A stretch of DNA of 64,000 bases, from contig BCIN01000004.1 in the NCBI GenBank assembly GCA_039545335.1, forward strand, positions 734,925 to 798,924. Direction: 5' to 3'. Positions within the stretch are counted from its first letter, which is position 1; every line of letters begins with the position of its first letter. The translations under genes were made by a program, and so were the position numbers. This document shows, piece by piece, positions 25,744 through 39,531 of this stretch. The DNA is from Kondoa subrosea. Lineage: Eukaryota. The notes under the pieces are model-generated. The model searched no databases. It had not been told where the DNA came from and saw only the letters and a list, made by a program, of their open reading frames with translations.

Positions 25744-27904
25744 TTACGACAACTTAGGACTTTCTAATACAGCATTCCCTTCATTCGTTATTCTCAAATC
25801 GCTATTGCTATTGCCTCCAACAACCGGTGTAGAAGGTTGCAAACATATCGGCATAGATCCAGGCAAGACAACGCTGCTCTTCAGCTTGACTTTGCTTGTT
25901 ACGCTGACTCTTGATCTGGCCGATAGAGATCTCGCCATTCCACTGCTGATCATTGTATAAGGATCCGACGGTGGTTCAACATCTTTGACAGAAGGAGGTC
26001 GACTTGACCATAAGAAATTGATGAGCCCTGGCTTGACTGTTTCTGAAGAAGATGAAGAAGATATCGAGTCAATTGTGGAAGTAGACTGAGTTCGTTTTCC
26101 CAACGGAACAGCTTTGAGAAAAGGATATGATCTGACGGAAGCAGAAGTAGTGTTGAGAGAAGCAGGTGAAGACATTGGGGGATCTTCCGCTTCTTGACTA
26201 TCTTCAGCTTCAGTTTCTTTCTCATCCAGTTCAGAATTGATTGTGCTGCCACCTAGACTCATTGATCGTTTGACAGCTGGACGAGTGAAGAGTAGAGCAG
26301 ACACTGGAGGACAATCTGAATCTTGATCGACGGTAGCAGCTTCGTTTGCTTTCTTCTTAATGTAGAGCGCAATCGCCCCGCCAACTAGAGCAAAAGCGAA
26401 CAGTCCACCTATAGCGCTAGCTACTAAGGCTCCGGTGGGCGGAGTTTCCGATTGCGGTTCAGCTGTCATGGAAGGAATTGAACCGCTTGATGATGCTGCA
26501 GCAGGCAGGATTCGAGCTGGGCTAGATCCAGATGTAAGTATTGGGTCTTGTTGTGCGACTTCAGTATGTTGAGGTATGACAGGGGTGTACGAAGGGTCTA
26601 TCATTTTGAGTTGGCGTACCTGCGGAACGAAAGAAGTAGAGAAAGTGTAGCCTTCATGGAAATTTCCGCTGAAGAAGAAGATATCGTTACTTGTCGCGCT
26701 TTCCGAGGCATTCGTTGCTGTAGTATCGAGACCATAAGAGAAAATTATATCGCCAGTTGAAGCGAGGACAGCAGAATGGTAGGCTCGTTTCGGTGAAGGC
26801 AGACTGTGATTGCTGACGACAGGCATTGACCATTGCCACGTGGTAGTGTTCAAGAAATGAATATCGTTTGTTGCTGTGCCATCTTCTTCGATACCGCCAT
26901 GTACTAAGATATGTCTTGATGCGGTGAGCAATCCAGCATGCCCTATTCTGGCAGAAGGTGGGGACCCGAGCGTTTCCTGCCATTATTCAGCTGGCGTTGA
27001 GCATACTGTGAACAGAGCTCACTTCCAAGGACCAGCTCTGACCGGTGGTGTTGAACACGAGAATCCGATCCATATCCACATAATCCCCTGTTGCAGCCTG
27101 ACCTCCAACAAAAGCAACCCTCTCTCCGTCCGGCAGTACTACAGCACTATAGTCGCTTACTGGCGGCCTGTAATTGCTGGGTATTTCTTTTCGCTTGTTG
27201 TTTGAGAAGCTGGACCAAGAGAAAGTTTGGGCTGTTCTTGCTTCCGAGTCCCATAAATCTAGACCCATATATCCAACCGTTTCGAAAGAACATGTGTAAG
27301 GTTCAGCTATTCCGCCCCAGACCCAAATATCGGCGGCAGACGAATCAACTGATTGCGGAATTGTAGTTACTGCTTGAGCTTGTCTTCGTCTGGGAGGAGC
27401 AGAAGAAGTATAAGTTGAAGAGGTGTCGACCGTTGACCATTTCCCATCCAATACAACAGCTAAACTATCACTTGCACAATCCTGAGTTACACCACCTATG
27501 ACCCAAACTCGTTCTTGATGATCCAGCGTTACTCCTGCCCATGCATGAGGCGGTAAGCCAATTGAGAGATCAGGTAAAGGTGAAGGATTTGTTTCGCTTG
27601 GGTATGGCTTCGATAGATCCAATTGCAAAACATCGTTTGTTATGAAAGTACCTGTTTCGCCTACTTGACCACCAATGAAGAGAACGACGCCTTTGCTGGG
27701 TAGGTAAACAGAAGAATGACCATACCGACCTTGCTTCAATGCATGAGATGCTGCTTGAGGCGAAACAGTTGTGTTGGCTATTCGAGTCGTTTCTAGATGT
27801 TGTCGATGTTTCAGTCGAGTAACCAGTCCATTTCGATGATGGGAACCTAAGCTGGAACTCGAAACCAAACTTGAAAGCAAAAGCAAGGTTATAAAGCGAG
27901 CCAT
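25744..27904 (-). CDS. Kelch/galactose-oxidase-repeat type I membrane protein
   Basis: Signal peptide MARFITLLLLSSLVSS, Kelch repeats (RYGHSSV..VLFIGG, VWVIGG, IWVWGG, VAFVGG, ILVHGG, RAYHSAV), a TM helix (ALVASAIGGLFAFALVGGAIALYIKKK) and a Ser-rich tail. Confidence 0.85.
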
Positions 27905-28347
27905 CTTGTGCTGCAAAGTAGATTCGCCAGAGATTGTCAGAAGGTATTCCGAAGATGACCTTGGTATGTTTCAGCTATGGGTGCATCTCGCTCTTTGGGA
28001 AAGAGAAGCAAGAGCGGAAAGTTTGGTAAACAACAAAGTCGGAACCCAGTCGCGTCAATGTCAAGGAGTCGTGCGGCTCTAGCGTTATCAGCAACAGAGT
28101 GCTATACAAGTCCGAACAAGGATACCAGATCGGAACAGCCAAAACAACAAAATACAGTAACTACAGCATTAGGTAATCGATCCAATCTTTAATGTTAGGG
28201 CTTTGCAGTGCTGAGAGGGCTTCACGATTATCTTTTAGATGTAGAGACACAATCTCTGAGTAGCGTCGTGCTCGAATCAAATGATCAGTGTTGACTTGTA
28301 GAGTCAATGGAGAGGCTGACCTTGGAGCTTGCGTGTTTGGCTTGGCT

Positions 28348-28749
28348 CTACAGCCAATCGACATTCTTGTACGTAGCCTCCATTTGCACCTGCTCGGTTC
28401 CGTCATCAGTGTGAATTTCTTCAACAGATAAGAGAGTCATACTTTTCATCTCTGGGATAAATCCAGCAAAATTGTAAGTAACGGCACCTACTTGGTGAGA
28501 GCCCCGGAATAGATCGTGATAGAATAACGTTCGCGCCAAAGGCGAGCTCACCCTGACTATGAATCTTGTGAGTCCTGTCAAAGCCAAATCAAGCCGAAAG
28601 GAGTTGATCGACCGAAACTTCACAAGAACGTACATCAGATCCGAAAATTGGTGCATTGCCATCTTTGTCCGCCATTCCAAGAAGCTATCATATCTTCCTT
28701 TGACATATGCCCTGCCAATACTAGATTCGAGAATCACTGCGAGACGCAC
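28348..28749 (-). CDS. Possible small orphan protein or gene fragment
   Basis: 133-aa open frame with protein-like composition and a candidate internal intron (GTACGT donor near 28631). No clear ATG and no recognised family. Confidence 0.25.
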   Translation of the reverse strand: MRLAVILESSIGRAYVKGRYDSFLEWRTKMAMHQFSDLMYVLVKFRSINSFRLDLALTGLTRFIVRVSSPLARTLFYHDLFRGSHQVGAVTYNFAGFIPEMKSMTLLSVEEIHTDDGTEQVQMEATYKNVDWL

Positions 28750-29334
28750 GGCCGTACTTGTCCATCCTCATACTTTTCAGCGAGAGACGAGCTAAAGAGA
28801 TAGTTTGCAATTCTGGCTTGACCCCTCCCCCAATTTCACTCCTCAAAAAAACGGGCCGGCGAATGTAAAACATTGCAACTTCTTCAGCACTTGATTTCGC
28901 AGTGAAAGCAATCTTACGAATAGGGAACGGTAGTAAGAAAGAACAGAGAAATGAAAGCTAGGCACATGACATATTGATGCACCATGACAAGATTGCGCAC
29001 AGTAATGCACGATATAATACTTGACCAGCCACAAAAATGAAGCTTAAGAAGAAAGACCAGTAGCATGAGTACTCGAAGGAGTACAGAGTTCAGAAACGTT
29101 TTGCATGCAACCTCGGATTTCGATGGTCAGACTGATAACATAAGGGACAACTAGGAGCTCTGCTTTCAATGCAGTACAAAGGGCGACTGTGCCCTAGCTT
29201 TGCATGGCACTGGCTTGACCCAATGTCGACATGTCCAAATTGCTCGAATTTGGTTGGAGCGCAACCTTCACTTCCAAGATCTTCAGGAACTCGACACTAT
29301 TGTGAAGCTATCGCAGTACCAGACCTAGAACACC

Positions 29335-30472
<1,138 letters not shown>

Positions 30473-31388
30473 AGCAACAGAGTAGTGTATATGGCAGACA
30501 TTCTTCCGACCGTCGCTTTCCTCGGTTCTTATGGTCCTTCAGGACTTCTGACTGCTGAGCTCTTATTCATGCTCTGCATTGTCACGAATAGCTCTCTGAC
30601 AAAGTTGTCACCTACATTTTTGACACCTCAACTTTGTGTTTGCTCGAACACTTTGCGTCCTGCTGCTCTTAACATCTGCCAACAGCTCACCAGCCAGCTT
30701 TCCTTGCTTCAGGCTAATACCGATGGAGCATTGCCTTTTCTGAACGTTCCTACTGAAGAGACCCTTGAAGTCAAAATCTGTCTAATGTGACCCTTTTGTC
30801 CGGGTTGTTGTTACTTTCTGGTACGTGGTCTTCGCGACTCAAGATCCCTCTACACTTCAAGTAGACAATTCTCTTCTCTTCTTCCATTCTCCATCCTTCC
30901 AACGCTATCTATACATGCCTCGCAGCGGCCTCAAGATGGGTCGCATCAACCCCTACTGAACACACTAGAGGTAAGAGCTTCCCTCGTAGCTGCTTTCAAC
31001 GCTGAAGTGAACATGGTCGTACTGTTAGACTCCATGATGGCGACCATGCTCCCTTTGTGTCAAAATCCGATGGGAATGGTGGTTCGTCTCTGCGAACGGT
31101 ATTCCGGAGGCCTATCTCTCTGCTCTAGCTCTTCCTCCTGCTAGCCGTCTGCCAGGCCTTCTGCTCGACTCGATGATGTCACTCACGTCTGGAGCTGTCA
31201 AACGACAAAGGGTTTGCGTTGAAACGACCGAAACGACGCATCAGACGTTCGATCAGGCTGTATTGCCCATCATCAAAACCCTGAATTCTGTCTTTTCTCT
31301 CTTTCATCTGCTCAACCCTCAATCTCTATCATTCTCATTTTCCCCCCGTGTCTTCTCAGGTTTACCGTCTATCACATATTCTTCAGCC

Positions 31389-32449
31389 ATGTCTTCCTCA
31401 GCAAGTCAATCAGCTCAATACCAGCATTCGCAGCTCCATCCCCGATCGGATCCCAACTACCCTGCCGCAGACCGACAGGGAGAACGCCAGGACCCGCATA
31501 ACTTGCTGATTATGGACCGTCTGCGTAAGTTTTGGCCTGTCCCAAGCGGAAGAAGCTGATGAAGCAATCTTTCAATAGGCGGTGATCGTGTAGCTTTGGA
31601 CGTCTTTGACTCATCTCTAACTCATTGGTACCGCGGTCCTACCGGCAGACCGACAGACTGTCGTACCCTTTACAATGTCACCACAAGAAAGATTCAACTC
31701 ATGAACAACACAGCTTATCAATCCGCATTCTCTGCCGCGACTCAAATCGATCGTGGGTTTGAACATGCATGGCTGTCAATACACTTAGCTGACTTTCAGT
31801 ATAATGCAGATTATTTCGAAGTAGCTCATATGGGTCTAGCTGTCCAAGCTATGGCTCAATCCGACGGCAATATACACAACATTCGCAACGAGAAATTACG
31901 TGTGCTGCTCCATGAACCTAGAAACCTTCACCTGGTTCCTAAATCCATTCGCGATGATAAGATAGCCTACCTAAATGTGAGTCCTATCAAAAGAAACAGG
32001 AAATGAGCAACTAATCATGCCTGTACGCCATGTAACTAGGGCAGAAAGGACAAAGAAGAGATGAGCCCTGCTCTGAAAGGCTACTTGAAGGCGGCAGCCC
32101 AGGAATTCAAGGCACTCGTTGATGATTACATGCAAGCTTTCGACACCATGCGTTCGGATGCCGGTAAACTTCAAGAAAAGCTGTATCCATGGCTCCGTGA
32201 CAATAGGTCTCACACACGCTACGGCGAAAAAAATTCTACGTACACTCAACAGGCAAGAATTATTGAAGAATGTATACAAGCTCAATCCGTCATGAGGGGT
32301 ATCAAGAACACTCCGTGGTACACCGGCGCTTGGGAAACCGCCTGGCTCGAGTGGGTTATGGATCATTTGCATTGCCTTTCCGTCACTGACTTCACCGCTT
32401 TGATAGACACGGCTTCCACTGGCCTCACATTCACGGCACAGTTGATTGA
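31389..32449 (+). CDS. Orphan protein A with HNH/His-Me-finger-like motif (paralogue of 43491-44614)
   Basis: Introns 31525-31578, 31753-31809, 31977-32039 and 32351-32406 give a continuous frame with IDHYFEV, HEPRNLHLVPKS and WLEHGFHWPH. The gene is well supported by paralogy; the nuclease function is an inference. Confidence 0.75.
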
Positions 32450-32837
32450 GAAAGAGAATGAGATGGCTTGATGACATTGACAGACTCTATGCTTGTTCAT
32501 ATAATTTCGTCTGTTTTCAATCTATGTGTACTTTCCGTTGCAGCAGAATCGCAAATGAGAGCAAGCGGCGGCAAGAGCTCCGCTTACTTCTAGCATAAAT
32601 GACATACATGATCTGTCTTACACAAACACACTTCTTCACCCAAAAAACATCGATGCCCAAACCATCATATCGAAAAAGTTAAATTTCGCAAAGTTGCCGA
32701 ACAGCGTCAACAGCAGAGATCCGTTAAAGAAGAAGATTGCTTGCGGATGTAATGGTGTCTTATCGCCCAGGCGCAAGCTAACAAAAACCTAGCAACTATT
32801 AGCATGTGCCGTTGGCCCGCTTCGTTGCTCGTACCAA

Positions 32838-34526
32838 TCAAGCTATCTTCTCTATCAGCCTCCCGCTGCCGCTCTGTCGATGTGTCTACTCTCGTTCGCC
32901 AAAGCAGCACTTTTGCTGACCAGATTCTCATAGTACCCTTCAGTGAGACCCGCACAGGCTCTATCTTCTACGTTGAAGGCTGTAATTTAGATCAGGGTGG
33001 CTCAAGGTCTACCAAATGACTGCTCATACGAGGTTTCAAACTGCCTGTAAGTGGAATGAGGAACCAGGTCCTGGAAGTTTTGAAGTCAGCATACCGTGGA
33101 AATGCTGCTTTACTTCGCTTCGGAAGCGTTCTATAGGATCTATAGGTGGGTTCTGTTGTGCACAGAGCCATGTATGCCATTTATGACCTGCAAGAGGATC
33201 AGGCTGAAACAAACTAACAAGCTAACTCACGAACCAGCCATTACATGAGTAATCTCGTCGCAATGTATGGTCGTCAACGCTTCCGCGCTTTCATGATCGC
33301 CTGCTGCTTTGACTCGAGCTATCTGAGTTGGATTGACGTCTAGACCTCTCGCTTCGTGAACCATATGTATGACTGGACCAAGATTAGTACAATGCCAATT
33401 TTCAGCGACAGTAACATACTGCATAGGCGAGATATAAGGGAATGAGAAGTATCACGAGCTGACTGAGTAGATCGATTAACTTTTTCATGCAGAGACAGGC
33501 TGACGACGCACCTGCCACAAACCAGAATGGACAGGTAAGGCACCATAATAAGATCCGAGGGCAACTAGTCGATCTTGAAGCAAGCAAAAGTGCTTGCTTT
33601 CATCCTCTGCAACTTTTATAAAATCGCTAAAGAAAGACAATGGCATAGGTTTCTTCCCATCTTCTCCTTTCGCGAAACGTGCAATATCGTCCATTGCCAG
33701 ATCAATAGCATAATGTTCGATATTGGCCAAAGAATGAAGCATTGCAATTCTTGAACGCAAGCTTCCGCCTTTACCTCGTTTGCCAGATTGACCAGGCTGA
33801 ATCATTGAAAGAGAACTCAACCGAGGAGGTTCATCTGGAGGTGAAGCGTTTCCTATTTGCGTGAGTTGACCAGTCCGGAATAGATGAGACAGCTTTCGAA
33901 CCAGCGCAATCTTTTGTTGAGGTTCCGGTGTACGGAGAATAAGAGAAGCGAAACCTGTAACTGTTGTCGGCTCTTCTATATCGTCTGACTGCAAGGAGCG
34001 GGAGTCTAGCGAAGGAATGGGAGCAGCGGGAAATGCTTGGGATGGGATATAAGCCATTGCAATTGTATAATGATTGATAAGCTACCTTCAGAAACAGGTC
34101 TTATGCTCAACAAGCTATACTTGGCCTCCATATCAAGATAAAGTTCATCTTCCTGAATTGACACCTTCCATGTACATGCGTTCATTCCGGTCGATGATGC
34201 TCCGGCTGAGTAGAAAAGCATAAAGACTCGAGAGAACGAGATGCACGAGGGCACGTACTGGCCAGGTTGAAGTCATATGAATGAAATGGACACAGAGCTA
34301 CAATTTCACCGGAATCCTCGATTTCTACTTCCGCGTTTTGCATATCCGCTCCTAGGTGAGGACAATCTTTGACTATAGTATGCCATCGTTCCTCAGAACT
34401 GTCGGTAGAAGGGAAATGGAAGAGGATAATGGACAGATAAACGTCGCTTTCGAGCTTGCGCAGCGTCAGAACATGTCGTATAGAGTTTTGGAAGTCTCTT
34501 GTAGGCCCTAGATATAGCAGGGGCAT
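32838..34526 (-). CDS. Rieske [2Fe-2S]-like domain fused to DUF455 ferritin-like domain
   Basis: N-terminal CPHLG...CPFH (Rieske-type ligands). C-terminal HSLANIEHYAIDLA, KVAEDESKHF, LPVHSGLW, VHEARGLDVNP and DEITHV are DUF455 motifs. Confidence 0.88.
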
Positions 34527-34839
34527 CAGCTGAGGTATAAGGAACTGTGTAATGTGATTTGATGATCGTTCAACATCAATGGTTCTTTGAGAAGCCAGCA
34601 AAGCAAATCAGGCGCGAAAGAAGGTTACATAAGCGAAGCAAGTTCATGAAACAGAGAAATAATGCATAGTCAGGGCTAATCAGGAATTCGATACATGAAC
34701 AGAAGCTCTAACGGTTCCTGCTACCTGCAACGCTTGGCCTGAGGCCGAAACCACCTATTCGCAGAGGTATAAGCCTAGTTACAGAACCATCACAAATTCG
34801 CACTTACTGGTCGATGTCTTGAATCGCTGCATAGGCGTT

Positions 34840-35492
34840 GGTCCTTCATTATGTCCAATTGATTTACCGAAGTTTCTCGAGCCAGAGACGTCTTCCAAAT
34901 CGAAGGTTGCAGCTCGATGCCCATGCCTGCAAGAAAAGATCAAAACAGAATTGGAGGGGCCTGATTCGTGAGTATAGTACTCACATGATGCAACCAATCA
35001 AAGAAGCGACTTCTTTAGCAATAGTGTGAGGAAAAGTAGTTCCAGCTTTCATATGTTGATGATATTCCACCGCGAAAATTTCTTTGTAACGATTGCGGCC
35101 CCCTTCGTCTCGCAGAGACCAGTTTTCTCCCTTAACTTCTATATGACCAAACCACGCAGCCTATAGCAAGGATGAGCGGTATAAAGTTCAAGATTCATAG
35201 CAGAGCTTACTGAGCCCTGGATGTTACAGGATGCGCTACACACCCGATTGCCAGCAGAGTCAAGGCATTCAATATCGAATTCCTTTTTGCCCGGCACGCC
35301 AGCATTGATGTTGTATGCTTTTTGTCGATCAGACACTTCTTCCCACTGTAAGCTGTTCTTTATAAGGAGTCCGGTATGCACGCGGAACTTGATGACTAGA
35401 CGAAGACCCATGCGTTGAATTCGAGCATCAGCAGCTTTGAACGCATTTTGGTCGAGATGAGTTGCATCGACAGAGGTAGAAGAAGAAGCCAT
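34840..35492 (-). CDS. Small hypothetical protein, multi-exon; 3' end approximate
   Basis: ATG in a good context at 35492 and a 117-aa ORF. A further exon reads EVKGENWSLRDEGGRNRYKEIFAVEYHQHMKAGTTFPHTIAKEVASL. A TATAAA lies upstream near 35591-35596. Confidence 0.5.
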
Positions 35493-35705
35493 GTTATTGT
35501 CAGAATCAATGTATCCAGATAACAGGTAAGACGGTCAATCCGAAGAAAGTGATGTTTGGGATCAAGAGGCAGACTCAACGCAAGACGTAATTTATAGCCT
35601 TGAAGAAATCCACGCAGATTCGGAAATCCGACTCGATTCGCTTCTCCGAAGAAAAGCCTAGGAACGCTATAGCCGTAAGCGAATTCTTTGATCATATTTC
35701 GGATA

Positions 35706-35786
35706 TTGAGGACGTTACGGTGAACGAAAACGGAGCAGCGAGTAATTTGAGGACGTTACGGTGGACAACACCGGAGCAGCGAGTAA
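35706..35786 (+). repeat. Two-copy 41-bp tandem duplication
   Basis: TTGAGGACGTTACGGTGAACGAAAACGGAGCAGCGAGTAA (35706-35745) and TTGAGGACGTTACGGTGGACAACACCGGAGCAGCGAGTAA (35747-35786). Confidence 0.9.
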
Positions 35787-36613
35787 GAGCTATGGATTGC
35801 CGAAAATACCATGAAAGGGAAGGGGTAAGCGATATGCCTTGACGACAAACCACGAAAGATGACAAGAGAAAGCGGAGTCGGTCCATAATATTCATCAGAT
35901 TGCCATCTGTTCATTACTCCGCAGCTCGTTGGTCTGCAGTTTATTTGACATCAAGCAGAGATCTATACCTGTTCACGCTTCTTCGCCGTAAAGAATTATG
36001 CTTGGCGAAAATCAACCTCTTTGAAAGATGAGAATGGGAGGTGATGCAGGGAATATCTGATCACGATATACAGACAACGAAGCCAGAGCGACTGTTCTGA
36101 CCATTGGTGACTTGCTAATCCAATCCTATCCTCCGGCTTGGACAGCCAAAGTAAGCAGAAGTTGTCATTCGCGGTTCCTTCAAGTCCGTTACAGTAGATC
36201 CGTTGTTCAGAGCAATCGAATTCATTAAGCCTTTGAAGGTGTTGCAGGCATACGCCCCATCCTCTAGCCCGCGCAGCATCGAAGCAATGGTATCTGTAGC
36301 TGAAGGCTTTCGAAGAGCTTCGTAAACACGATAGTGATATTGGCTTGGATTTGCGCAAAGTCCGGAAGGTGTAATGCAATGGAGCTTAAATCGTACGCAG
36401 ATCTTGGACGAAGCTGAATGATCAATTGTGGTAATGTGGTACAGGACAAGCTACAACTTAAGAAACCGAGGGGGGGATTACGTAAGCACTGGATGTGGCT
36501 GATTAATATCTCTAAAAGCAGATGCATGCAAGATCCCTTTCCTTAGGAGTTAACAACAAAACCCGAAATGATGCAACACAAATGCGCCCAAACAGAAGAA
36601 GACCAAATCAACT

Positions 36614-39531
36614 TCAGAAAGCCAATACCTCGGCTGCACTCGCTTCACCAATGCGACTGCAGAGGAGTATCAGTATCAGACTAGGGACGAAGTTACAACA
36701 TACTCTATCAGTTGAGCAACGAAGAGACTTTCTGGCTGAACACGGGTGCTCGTAGAGACAAGATAACCAGTAGAACCTTTTTGAGTACCAATGCAGCCAA
36801 CGCAGAAGTCTAGTATCAGTATTAGCTCATGAATTGCGCATCGCAATCTTTGTGCTCACTTTGGGATATAGGCGGCCTCGCTACATTGATGTAGTTGCTT
36901 GCTCGTACATTCCAGTTGACTGAGGCCCCGATACTCCAACCTTGCTGGTTGAATCAAAGTGCATTATCAGCGAACTATAGCGAGCCGACAAGGATAACTT
37001 ACACCACTACCAGCAACCCCGCGGTTGATCATTTCTGAGACTGCAACTGTAGAGTTATCGAGCAGAAAACCAGTTGCCCATCTTTGATGCTTCCAGACAG
37101 GTCAAGAGCCGCTAGTAAGAATCTATGACATAAGCTTACAGGTGCGACCGATCCAGCAAGTACGGTGTTCTGATTTAGCATCACGTTTGGTCCAGCAGTC
37201 AGAGTCTGCGTAGTAGACTCGTATGCACTGCTTCCGCCAGGATTGATGGTAGTACATCGTGCGACCAGTACTTGACTCCCTAAGATTCCTATATCTGCAG
37301 CAGAGCCCTTAATCGCGAGCAGACAATCAGCGACAACGTATAGAAGTCAAGTAGAACTCACTGCACTTCTGTCAGGCACAAGATCTCGTCGGAAAATGCT
37401 GTCTACAATGGTGATACGACTTGCGTTGGCTGACACAGTGATCATCTGATTGTAACCTTGAAATTTGACTCGGCGGACGAAAGCATCCGAAACCCAAGCT
37501 TTGAATAGAATTGCAAGATCTGACTGAGTGACAGGTAGACCTGTACCATCGGGAGCTCGAACGAAATTCAAGTCTTCAAGGCCGATTTCTTCAAGCAAGA
37601 TAGGAGGTGTATAAGAAACCAGCTGTCCGTTGTCGTATGTTCCGTTGATTGCATCGGTCAACGGGACATCCAAAGTGACTGTGTTGCCTTCGATATCGAC
37701 GATATTACGTGGTTGTTGCATTGGTCTAGTCACGGTTGAATCTGCAAGCCTCCAGTCAGACTTCGCACACGCACCTTCCCACGGCTAACCAAGTTTGATT
37801 CAGGCCCTAACTGGTCTTTGAACACAAAGCTTCTGAGTCTGTTCGGCATAGCTTACACCTTTGACCAATGTATCCATGCCCATAAACGAAACCCAAGCTT
37901 GGCTGACTGTTCTTTGCACAAAGACAGCTTTGCCAGGATACAGGCCACTCGGATCAGCGACAGTCATCTGTGTAGCACCGACGCCCACATAGGGATCAAG
38001 GATTGGTGTGCTGAACTCAGGAGGAGAAAAGAGATCTGCAACAGAAGGTGAGATAGCGATTAATGTTCTTTGAATGCCTTGCATGACTAGGATTGTCGAG
38101 CCGTCTGGTGCTCCGCGAAGAACGCAAGGCGTGCTTATAAGTACGGTCATACTCAAGCTGAAAGTGTAAGAACCAGAAGCCAATTGTACTACGCCTCCGA
38201 TACATGTGTTTAAAGCCAATTGCAGGTCGAGAGATCGGTCTGTATCATCGCCGGTTGGCAATAGAGTGACAATGACCGGCAGATTGTCGGTGATCGGGAG
38301 AGGTTCGGAAGATTGTCTATAGCCTGCATAGGAATAGTCTGGCAATCTATCGACTCCGTTTTGGAAAGGAAGAGTCTTATAGTCGACGAAAGGTTGGACA
38401 GTTTGTGTTGCGCGAATCAAGTTGTATGAAGTTGTTGTCGAAGGTTCTAAAGCAACAACCGTTTCTACAAAGGTACTGCAGCACATGCTCAGTCACGTGT
38501 AGTTGAAGTTTGAAAAGAGCTCTAACCTGGTAGCCAAAGCTTGAACGACTTGCGTTGTTTGAGCAGTGACAATCTGAGTTACTGGGTTGGCGGTTGATGT
38601 CGATGTGAGGAGCTGAATCAGAGTCTGGGTGACCGGGATAATCGAGGTCTGCTGTTGAGTGATATTGACTATTTGAGTAGAGATTTGGCTTGAGGTGAAG
38701 CTTTTAGTCAGGAAAGTAGTGGATACAGAAGTCTTTGTAGCTCGATACATGGTGACTGTAGTTGCTGGGAGTCTGACGACTGAACTGCATGCTCGAGAAA
38801 TACTTGCGCTTTTGAACTTGGTCAGCTGACTTGGTATCGATGTGACTGTTCGTTTTCTATTTTGACTGCGTGTATCGGTGATGAAGATTGTACTGAATTG
38901 ATCTTGACTGGCAGTGACGACTGGCCTGGAAGTGATGGTGGAAGCTGCTTCGCATATGAGTTTGGAAATTTTGAGATGTGCAAAGTTGAACTCACTGCTA
39001 CTTTCTAAGACAGTCTGAGTGCTCGTAGCAAAGACTGTCTGCAAATTAGTTGATCTAAATAGCAGATTGGCATAGGAAGCACGATGTGTAGAAAGCACCC
39101 ACTGAATAGTTTGAGCTGGAGCGGATTCCACAACAAGACTAGTAGAGGTAGTAGGAACCAAGCTCGTCTGTAGAATGACCGATGTAACTTGCTGTGTTGA
39201 CTGCAAGACAGAAGATTTCATGACAGTGGTCGAGCGAGTAATTCGTTTGGTGCTGAAGACCCTGTTCCATCGAGGTTAGCATATGGGCAGATGGAGGAAT
39301 GTCTGTCGTACGTAGAAGTAGCAGTCACTGGATACCACAATCAGCTTACCGATCTGCATTCCTCAAACCAAACTGACCAGTCCATCGCGGTGGTTGTATA
39401 TAAGTTGAGCAGAATCCCTGTAGTTTGTATTTGCTGATAGAAGCTACCACCGGATCTTGCGCTTGTACAAAGCTCAGAAGGAGATATGAATGGGTGAGAA
39501 ATGAGAGTAGGCAGCTGAAAGATACAGCCAT
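36614..39531 (-). CDS. Secreted protein: Thr/Ser-rich stalk plus C-terminal pectin-lyase-like (right-handed beta-helix) domain
   Basis: Signal peptide ending ...SFVQAQD and a T/S-rich ORF 38493-39221. The domain has LPDYSYAGY, LQLALN..GGVVQLASGSY, WVSFMGMDTLV, VTLDVPLTDAI, HQRWATGFLLD, NRGVAGSG/QGW and PESLFVAQL. Confidence 0.75.

Noticed and set aside
35996..36527. Overlapping minus-strand ORFs between the orphan gene and the beta-helix gene
   Set aside because: I could not build a consistent gene model or find a motif.
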